Assembly (NCBI RefSeq): GCF_009834535.1
Contig: NC_045696.1
Coordinates: 12,650,001-12,714,000 of the forward strand
Direction: 5' to 3'
Source of the DNA: Camelus ferus
Lineage: Eukaryota
Length of the DNA: 64,000 bases
This document shows, piece by piece, positions 54,096-64,000 of this stretch (its first letter is position 1; each line of letters begins with the position of its first letter). Both the position numbers and the translations under genes were made by a program. Below the pieces are notes generated by a model, which did not search any database, was not told the DNA's origin, and saw only the letters and a program-made list of their open reading frames with translations.

Positions 54096-54502
54096 ACCCA
54101 TGCGTTTTCAGCCAAGTAGGGGAGAAACCAGGGACTGGGAGCAGCAACTGCACGTCCACAGGGCCTTCTGCTGAGACACCGCGGTGAATTTCACAGCTCG
54201 TGTGGCAAAAGTCCCAGGGTCTTCTGGCTTAGAGGTTATTTCTCCTGCATGACTCTGTCACAATAGGGTATTGGTGGGGATTCTGGTAAAAGCATAGGTC
54301 CTTTTGGTCCAATCCTATTCAAGACAAATAGCACCACAACGAGAGGTACACTAAGTAGCGAGTTTCAAATGGGTGACAACTAGGGAAATTAAACCATTCA
54401 CCATTGTCAGAATTCAGAACACATTAGTAAGACTCCTGAAGTTTGGTGGCACAACCAGACCTTCTGTTGCAGCCTTGAGATGTTATTCATGTTGTGCTGA
54501 TC

Positions 54503-54885
54503 TAGTTCAAGGGCTGGCCTACAGGCCAAATCTGGCCCACCACCTGTTTTTGTGAAAAAAAGTTTTATTGGACCACAGCTTTTCCTTCATTCATTTACTT
54601 TTGTGATACACTGGCAGAATTGAATAGTTGCCCATAAAGCCTAAAATATTTACTACCTGGCCCTTTACAGAAAGTTCGCCAGCCCCTGTTCTAGTTAATC
54701 AGGGAGAAAACAGAGCAATGCTTCCCAATCCTTGACTGCACATTGCAATAGTCTGAATATATTTCAAAATATACTCATGCCAGGGGTCCCAGCATACACC
54801 ACTGAGTCAGAATCTTGAGGGATGAGAGCTAGGAATCGGTATCTTCAAAACCCCCCATATGACTCTAATATGCAACCACGGTCGA
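54503..54885. mobile_element. MER58-like and MER5A-like hAT MITEs
   Basis: ggccaaatctggcccaccacctgtttttgt...aaaatatttactacctggccctttacagaaag; ctgagtcagaatcttgagg...gactctaatatgcaacca. Confidence 0.8.
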
Positions 54886-55389
54886 TAATCACAGGGAGAG
54901 AGGCTTTGGTAAGGGATGCCCATACCCTCCACAGGTACAGTGATGGCTGCAGAAGTCTGAGCAACTCCCTTATCTCTAGAGCAAAGGAAAAGGGGACACA
55001 CTGGCAAGGGTTGGGCTTGCCCTGAACTGGCCCCAGGGATACAGACACTGGATCTAAGAAGAGAGCCTGAACCAATGGCCATTGCATCCCTTGGTTTGGT
55101 GCTAGCTGAGCATCTCACTACAGTAGTTCACACAAGACTCAACATTGACAAATGGTGCTGATCTCTAGTCTCAGGAGGGATGGGCTAAGTCAGCCCTTGA
55201 GCTGGATAGGTCTATTCCATTTATGATGCAAGTAATCATTAGTGAAACATGCTCAAACGGAGGGCACAAGATGCAGTGGCTGGCATGTGTAACACGGCAC
55301 TCGTGCCGAGTGGGGCCAAGCATGCCACAGCTAGGAGTGCTAGTACAGAGAACCCAAAAGTGATGACACAGACTTTGAGAGCTGTCGTA

Positions 55390-55757
55390 ACAGGTATTAC
55401 AGGTTCTGTCTTCCTGGCTTGGATCACTCACTCACTCTGGAGGAATCCAGATGCCTTGAGAAAACTCAAGCAGCCCCGTGGAGATGTCGTGTGGGGAGGG
55501 GCTGCACGCTCCTGCCCACAGCCATGTGACTGAATCATTTGGAAGGGTATCCTATCCTCCAACCTCAATCACGCCTTCAGATGATGACTGCAGACACAAC
55601 CAACATCGTGACCTCAACATTGTGACAGACCCCAAAACAGAATCACCCAGATGAGCATCCTCAAAGTCATGACCCACAAAAATTGTGTTAAAAAATAAAT
55701 GTTTGCTGTTTTAAACTAAGTTTTGAGGTGATTTGTTACATAAAAATAAGTAACTAA
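55390..55757 (+). mobile_element. MLT1F-like LTR
   Basis: ggatcactcactcactctggagg...cttcagatgatgactgcag...aataaatgtttgctgttttaaactaagttttg. Confidence 0.75.
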
Positions 55758-56619
55758 AAAACCCATCAAATAGCTTTCTATTCAGTCTTTAGCTTTTTCA
55801 TTTGTATCATGCACAGTTTTGTCAGATGTTGGTTGTATCTTCAGCAGAATGAATATCCAAGAGATTTATTTAGGTCCTTGAATTGAATTTTAAAATTTTT
55901 GAACCAATTTTGGCATTGACTTAACTGATTTCTTTTGACATATCTGATGACATTGATACAAAAACTACATCATTTAACTACAAAGTTCTGCTAATGAAAC
56001 ACACTAACAATGATAGTTTTGCTTTCATGTGTGAAACAATTGGAACAGAAAATCAATGAAATTATTTTAGAATAACTTGATTTAAATGAAAAGCCATGCT
56101 TCAGAATGATACATAAGTGCACTTTTTGCAGTAGCATATAATAAAATCATTGTCTTTGAACAGTCACTTTAAAATAATTATAAATTTTTAAAGTAGACAG
56201 ATGGGGCAGCTTATTTAGCAGATTTGCTAAGTTCTGATATCTCCCTGGCTCCCATGATTATTTGTTTATTTTATGTATTTTGTTTTATTTTTTAATATCA
56301 GCTTAAATATTTAATAGTTCAGTTAGTATAAAGTGTGTGTGCAAATTAACTACAGGGCTATTTGGTAGAATATCACAGTATGGATGCAGTCATAAATTAT
56401 ACAGTCACTGCAACCAATTTCAAAGTAATTTCTGCTTCATAGCTTTCTTAAATTAGAAAGAACAACTGTGCCCCACCAGAAGCTGAATGTGCATTATCTC
56501 AACCATGAGGATTTTAAGGTATGTCGGCAAAAGATGGAGCCTACCTTCCACCCCTTGAATATGAGCTGGACTGTGATTCACTTCCAAGAATGAGAGTTTG
56601 CAAAGGAAAAATGGTTACC

Positions 56620-57900
56620 ACAACAAAGTAGAAATAATAACCACAATGAAGTACATGTAGGAATTTATTCCAAAAATGAAAATAAAAATTAAAGCCAAAA
56701 TACTTCCTATATTTTTTTAAACAACAAAAAATTTAAACCCTCAATTTTAGATAAGTGAGTAAAATTAACAGTCATATTGAAAATTCTGAAATGAAAGGGT
56801 ACCACTTAGCAATACTTGTGGAAAATGGTTCAAGTAACAAGAGAAATACATCCCTCAAATGCATCTATCAGAAAACAAAAAATATAGAAAATCAATGAAT
56901 AACAAGAAGTTACAAAAAGAATTAGAATAAACCATCACAAAGTATAAAGAAATAGTGGAAAAATTAACTGAACAAAGCAAAAGAATGAGTGGTTAAACAA
57001 AACAAAAACCTGTTCTCTGGAAAGATTAATTAGATAAATCTTCAGTTAGGTTGATTAAGAAAACAGAGATACACAGCACAAATTAATATTAAGGATGAAA
57101 AGATCATACTTGCAAATACAGTATAAATACTGAAAATAATAAGAAAATACAATGAATAACTTTATACCAATACTTCTGAAAACAGATGAAATGAGTAATG
57201 TTCTAAGAAAATAAAAATTACTAACTTGTGAAAATATAGAACATTTTAAAGAGTCTACGACCATTAAAGAAACCATTCCACTCCAGAAAATAAAAGCACC
57301 AGGCCCAGGTAATTTTACAAGTGAGTTTTACCAAACATTCAAGGACCCTAACTCATCTATATTCGTTACTATATCACTAATATACTAGTATATCATTGAT
57401 ACCAAAACCAAACAGAAACAACATAAGAAAATTATAGGTTAATCTCACTTATGAGTATAAATACAGTACAAGAAAGATTATCTTAGGGTGATTTCATTTG
57501 TAAACAAAGGTGCAAAATTTGAAAAAAAAATCTTTAAAATCCACACACATATTACTAGTAATAATAGTATTGATTTTGACCATGTAAGGTTTATCCCAAG
57601 AATGCAAGGATGGCTCAACATTAGAAAATCTATTTAGGTAATGACCACAAGGATAGGGGAGGGGGGAAAAACTTGTCATTTAATTAGATGTAGAAAAACG
57701 ATTTGCTTAAACTCACCAACCAGTCAGAACTTAAAAATATAAGCAAATAATAAACTTCCTAATACAGAGTATGTACCTCAAAACTATAAATATGTATCAC
57801 ATTTAGTACTTAAAATATTCCATTTAAGAGTCAATCAAAAAACAAGGACGTTTGCTTACTGAGAGGTCTTGTCTGTATAGTGAGATGAGAAAACAAGATG
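56620..57900 (+). mobile_element. Old L1 ORF2 fragments
   Basis: aagcaccaggcccaggtaattttacaagtgagttttaccaaacattcaagg; tttatcccaagaatgcaaggatggctcaacattag. Confidence 0.8.
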
Positions 57901-58094
57901 TGAAATTCTATAGGACTGGCCTCAGAACTACTCTTTTGAGTTTTGTAGGGAAGAAATGGGTGTTAAACTAAGTGCTCTCAAAAAAAATGTAATTACTTAA
58001 TTGTAATCATGTGACAGCTAAAAAATCCATTTCTAGTAAGATATGTCAAAATGTATATTCTTTTGATGATAAAAAATGTAACCTCTACATATCT

Positions 58095-58370
58095 GTGTGG
58101 GGCTAGTTCTTTTAATATACTTCAACCAAAACAGACTGCAGCCAATTGAAAGCAGAAGCAGATGTGAGAATCCAGCTGTCTTCTATCAAGTCAGACATTA
58201 AAGAAATTTGCAAAAATTGGAAAACAGTGTTGTTCTTTCTTCCCTTAAACATTTGATTTTGGAAAATATAATTATTTGTCATAAAAACAAGCCAGTTCTA
58301 TGTTACAGGTGATGGATTTGTTATTGTTATTGAAAATAAATGAACAAATATGTACTTTTTTAAAAAAAGA
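58095..58370. mobile_element. Charlie-type hAT fragment
   Basis: gcagaagcagatgtgagaatccagctgtcttctatcaagtcagacattaaagaaatttgcaaaaat. Confidence 0.65.
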
Positions 58371-59676
58371 AAATGTAAACTTCTCACTTTGTAAAAGCTA
58401 TCAGCTCTGTTAATACAGAAGAATTAGGTTTTGACTACACAGGGTGCTGTTTGATTTCGCTTTCTTTCCTGGCAATGCTGAAATCCTAGCAACAGAGCCT
58501 TTAGAAGGTCTGGCCCAAGCAGTAGAGTGATTTCCTCAGCAGTTTGAGCACCAGGACTTATTGGCTCACCTGGAAGGTAGTTTAACGTGCCATTCATGAC
58601 AGATTTTCTAGCACCAAATCTAAAGTTAAGAAGTATTTTTAAATCTCTCTAAAACCATCAGCAAAGAAACTGTCTATTAGGTCTGTTTAACTCTGGTATG
58701 GGAACTTGCTGCCAGCGTTTTACTTACCATCTTCCAGACGAGTGTCTTCAAACTTTATCGCCTGCATAGCTCTAAACAAATTTTTGGAAAGAATGTACCA
58801 TTTCATGTATTTTTAAACTGATAACTAACATTTTTCATCATAAATTTAAATAAGTGTAAAGAAGATAATTTCCAGTGGCATACTGTAAATAGTTAATTTT
58901 TTAAAAATGGAAAATGTATCATTCTTTTAAATGTATCTAATAGAATCCAAGTACTACAGCAATTTGATTCCCACCATCATCAATAAAATAATACATGGAA
59001 GTTCTTCAACAGTCATACATTTAACATCATTCATTGGATCTGTATTTTTCTTCTACTTCCCTTACAGATTTATAGTATATTTGAGTGCTTAAAATAGCTT
59101 ATTTATCCTCCTATAATACTGTTGTATAATAAAAATATAAATATAAATCAAAAAATTTTAATTAATTTTCCATAACCAGTAAGCTGTAGGTATTAAAAAT
59201 ACTTTTCTAGATTGTAATTAAATCACTATTAGAACACAAAGGATAAAAACAAACATTAAAATTTTTATAGGTAATTAAGCATAAACTATTTTAAATCTCA
59301 CTGGAAATTCATCTCATATTAGAGTTGAGACTAATTTGTAGTTTCATTTTTTTAGTTTATAGTTCCATGGATATATACACATAATTTATAGCTATATATA
59401 TTACTATTACTATATATAATTACTTATAAATATATAACTAAAATAAGATAGCAGTTGGCATAAATTCTATTCCTATTTTTCCTATTTATAGATGAAATCA
59501 CTGAGAAAACTTTTCATGTAAACAAGTAGATGAGAATGGAATTTTGTAATAATCTTTTTTATTCAATGTCATTGCATTCATTAACTTTTTCTAAGTAATA
59601 TGCTAAACATGAAATAATTTTTGATGATTTATTGACTGACAGCTCTAGTAGGCTTTAATTTTATCAAAAGTAATAT

Positions 59677-60355
59677 GTTCAACATCATTAGTCATTAGAG
59701 AAATTCAAATCAAATCCACAATGAGATAATATTGCATACCCACTAAGATGGCTATAATTTTTTAAAATGCAAAGCAACAAGTGTTGGTGAGAATATGAAG
59801 AAATTAGAACCCTCATACATTGCTGAGTAGGAATGTAAAATGTGGCAGCTGCTGTGGAAAATAGTTTGTTTTCTCAAAAAGTTAAACACAGAGTTACCAC
59901 CAATTCTACTCCTATGTACATACCCAAAAGAATTGAAAACAGGTACTCATAAAAGTACTTGTACACGAATGTCCAATAGAAGCACTAATCACAATGGTGG
60001 AAAGGTGGATACAACCCAAATGTCTATCAGTAGAAGAATGATAAGCAAGATGTGGTCTGTACATGCTATAGAATGTTATCCAGCTATAAAGAGGAAGTAC
60101 TGATACATGCTGCAATGTGGATGAACCTCAAAACCATGCTAAGTGAAAGAAGACAGGCATAAACGGTCACATGTACAATTCCATTTATACGAAAAGTCCA
60201 GAATAGGTAAATCCACATAGACAGAAGGCAGAGTGGCTACCATAGTTAGGGTGGGAGGTTGGGGCGTGATTGTTCAAAGTACTAAATGCTAATAACCTGC
60301 CCACTTTAAAATGGTTAATTTTATTTTATGTGAATTTCACTTTATTTTTAAAAAG
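59677..60355 (+). mobile_element. L1MB-type 3' end
   Basis: caacatcattagtcattagagaaattcaaatcaaatccacaatgagata; tggatgaacctcaaaaccatgctaagtgaaagaag. Confidence 0.9.
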
Positions 60356-60399
60356 TAAATCTAGCAAAAACTATATAACCAACAAACCTTTTAAGAATT

Positions 60400-63200
60400 T
60401 TTTTAAAAGCCTCTTTCTCCAGAGTCTTGATAAAAGACCAACTGTCTACAGCCAGTAACAAGTAAATCAGAACCAATTTAAAAACTAATCAACAGTAACC
60501 TGCTTCAGTAATCTTGCTTCTGGAAGCCAGTCATTCAGTGACAGTCTCATACTTTTGAAGGTCAACCAGTCAACAATAAACTTATCACTAAATCTTCTGA
60601 AAGCCAGCTGGCCAAAATATCTTGCCAGGATAACCATGTTTGTAAGGGTGACATCAACCCACTCCATCTCTGTAACCAACACAACACCAAAACAATACTT
60701 AACTCAAAAACCTTATTGTAAAATTAGCAGTTGGATTTACTCAAAATGACAGACCCAACCAGCCTAACCCTCCCTTTCTTAAGTAATACAGTTTTTGTTT
60801 CAGATATCAAGTGGTAATCTCGATCCCTTCCTTGGATAATTCTCACATCGAGATTATTTATAAAACTCACTTGACAGTATCCCAATGGATCCCTGGACCA
60901 ACAGGAAAGATCAGTGGCCTCTTGAGTCCCAAACTCCAATAGTCATCACATCTGCTGCCAGGTGAGTTTCTCAAAACAATCTGAACTTTGGCTAGTTTCA
61001 TTAAGCTCTAATTGCTGAAATTGCTTTATCTAAGACTTCTGAACAAATATATCTTCGTGTAGGTCAGTACAATTCGGTCTGTCTTTATGATAATCAGACC
61101 CACTGCTTGGTTTGCTTTCACTTTCTTGCTCATCTGTTTATACAAATTCTTGTCTCATGTGTCTCATGTGTCCCTTACTGTCTTGTGTCTGTTGAACATA
61201 CAAGGAAGCGCTTCATAGGGAACAGACAGAGAAGCATAGGCCAAGTCTCCAACACAAGTTGGCCCTAAAGACTAAAGATCCATTAGACTGCTGACAGCTG
61301 GCTGCTAAAATGACTGGCCAAACTGCGTTTGTACGTAAGATACACAAGAGTACTCTCCAAGGCCTGGTGGTTTGTGAAAGAAGTTCACTTTGTTTCGTCC
61401 GTATTTCAGGATCATCAGTTGTTGGGGTCACTGATCACACAGCTCTTTCCTATCCTCTGCTTGATTAAAGAATCTCATCTATCATAACAAATACGCTTGA
61501 CTAATGCAGTGCCTTTTTCTTGTTTGTCACTGATCTGTCTGTGTCAAAGGCATAACCTCCTCCTGGCAGAATTTTCTGTATAATCCTAACCCTTGTCCTG
61601 AATTTGATAAGAGGAAAAATTTTGCTAAAAATGACTTAGAATTACAATAGCTATTAGAGTGAACTTCTGATATATGAAAATTAACACATTTCAAAGGAGC
61701 GCTAGAAAAATTAGAAAACAAAACAAACAAACAAAAAGCCTAAATCATTCAACAGTCAACTTTTGATTGGTTATGCTGAGGCCTCAAAACGAAACAATGA
61801 CTCTTAGAAAGTCTCTGTCAAAGAAACACCAGTTCTCCACCATTTAAACCTTCTGAAACCCACCCTCCCTGCACCATTCTCTCTACAAGGCTGTATCTTT
61901 ACCATTCACTTAAACCCCTTCTATCTTTCTGCACCTTCTTCTGCCTCCAAAACAAGAATCGTTTTCTCAAAGTGTTTAACAGAGATCAATTACATCATAT
62001 AATATCCCTTCAAAACTATTAGACTAGAAAGCAGATCTAAAAAAACTGATATTTGAATCTTGGCCTAAAATCAAGTTGAGAACTTTAATTATAGATTTTC
62101 TTAATCTTAGGGAGATAAATTTATGCAGAACTCAGTTAGATATTTATTGCCCTGGACTACCAGGTCTGTACCAACAATTTCACTTAATTATTGGTCCCTA
62201 AGATGGGAGCACAAAGGTTAAAAGCAGCAAAAACAACGACAACCAAAAACCCCCCAAAACTAGGAGATGGTTTATAATTCAAGAAATGACCCTGAAAGGG
62301 TAAGCAAATAGGAAACGTACTACATAAGACCGTTTCGGAAGTCTTTCCCTCAGAGGTAGATTGGACAAAAACCCAAAACTGTAAACAAACAAAAAAGATA
62401 AATAAGTAGCAGACTCCAAAAACAGACTGAGAAAAAAAATTCAAATCATATCCTTCAAGAGCTAACTTCAAGAGCTAATATAAAGACAGACAGGTTTATC
62501 CTTTTTTATTATTATTATGTTTTGGAAGTAGACTCAGAAATACCAGTTTGGATGATATCCTAAACATCTCTGAACATTTCAAAAATCTAGAAATCAAAAC
62601 AAACTTCTGACCTTAAGATAAAGCAACTGATATCCAAAACAAAACAAAACAAAACAAAACAAAAGGCTTAAAGGTTCTCCATTCTACAAGAATTGGGCAG
62701 CTATGGTTAACAGTAATATGGTTAATAAGCAGAAAGGCCATGGGAAGAATTAATGTCCTGTAATGACTAAAACATAGGAGAACTATCTAAAATCTCTCCA
62801 ATGCCACCCCAGGAAACATTAGCATTTAACAATTCCCCAACTTTCTTCTAAACTCCTATGGAGAAAGGTCCATAGATGGATGGACAACAATGTACAGATA
62901 CAGGTAAGTTTATCTCCTAATAATTCTAGCACCGTAGAATGTCAGATCCCCTCAGAATACTAAAACCACTCAAATACTTGAAATGTCCAACAATCTATAA
63001 CAATTATTTTGGGACCATTATCAGAATACAGTACTTTCTTCCTGATACAAACATTTAATAGGTAAGGTACTGCTTAATAAATGGAACTGCCAGGTAAAAT
63101 TTACTGCAGAAGTATTATTTTTCAGAGTTCTGGAAAATGCTACATATGACCAAAATATAGCCAATTTTAACATATTACTACCACTAGGTATGATTCAAAG
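60400..63200 (+). mobile_element. Ancient class-I ERV relic: putative LTR, gag and pol fragments
   Basis: Gag-like peptides at 61573-61707, 62052-62198 and 62338-62400. RT-like FNNSPTFF at 62825-62848. Confidence 0.6.
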
Positions 63201-63351
63201 GTAACCAAAGGATAAGCTATGATCCTAGAATTTCTACACATGAAAGATTCTCAAGGTACAGGCAAAGTACCTATAGCTGAGTTTAAGAGTCCAGACTGAT
63301 TCTTCCTAGATTATCATAAACCTTCCTTTTTGTATGTACATAGACGGTTAG

Positions 63352-63850
63352 GCCTGCACTGTCCAATACAACAGCCACTAACCACGTGTGGCTAATGATC
63401 ACTTGAAATGTGGCAAGTATGACTGAGAAACTAAATTTCAAATTTTTATTTAATTTTAATTAATTTAAATTTCAAAATGGACACTAGATCCAGTTATTGG
63501 AAAACCTTAAGTGTGTTTGGAAAACAATTGGGTTACGTGAATGTACTTTTTTCACTGCAAATTTTCTGAAATCTAACTATGGATCGAGTATTCCTGATGA
63601 AAATTTCCTATCTAAACTGAAATGTGCTATAAATTTAAAATACACTGGATTTTGAAAATGTAATATGAAAAAAGAATGTAAAATATCTAAATTTTTTATT
63701 GATTACATGTTGAAATAGTATTTTTGGATACCGAGTTAAATAGAATGTTATTAAAATGAATTTCACCTATTTCTTCTTACATTTTTGGCTACTAGCAAAA
63801 CTTAAAATAGCATATGTGGCTCAGGCTGTATTCCTACTGACTGGTGCTTG
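63352..63850. mobile_element. Charlie/MER33-like hAT element
   Basis: gcactgtccaataca...cacttgaaatgtggc...catatgtggctc...gactggtgct. Confidence 0.75.
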
Positions 63851-63865
63851 ATTAGTCCATGCTCT

Positions 63866-64000
63866 AAGGCAATGGTTGTCATCTGGGGGCAAAACTGTCT
63901 ACCTAGGGGACATTTGGCAATGTCTGGACATTTTTGGTTCTCATAACTGGGATGTTGCACTGGCATCTAGCAAAGAGAGGCCAAGAACACTGCTAAACAT
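63866..64000. mobile_element. MER20
   Basis: ggggacatttggcaatgtctggacatttttgg...actggcatctag...gaggccaagaacactgctaaacat. Confidence 0.85.

Noticed and set aside
55760..56460. Possible hAT transposase remnant
   Set aside because: The composition is suggestive, but I could not read a convincing peptide motif or TIR.

Overview
Mammalian genomic DNA, AT-rich and dense in repeats. The tRNA-derived SINEs resemble the camelid vic-1 family, so a camel or alpaca relative is likely (inference). The window holds one complete protein-coding gene, N6AMT1/HEMK2, on the + strand: 6 coding exons from 34663 to 46278, 645 nt = 214 aa plus stop, all introns GT-AG, with a CpG-island promoter. It also holds an RPS21 processed retrocopy (about 29099-29440) whose frame is still open. 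The rest is mostly L1, MaLR/ERVL, ERV1, MIR and DNA-transposon relics. The best leads are the open, CpG-rich RPS21 retrocopy next to an LTR, potential poison or composite splice sites in N6AMT1 introns, a probable L1-donated poly(A) signal, and a decayed class-I ERV gag-pol fossil near 60.4-63.2 kb. I see no clear evidence of a new biological system. Repeat family names come from recalled consensus motifs, and repeat boundaries are approximate.
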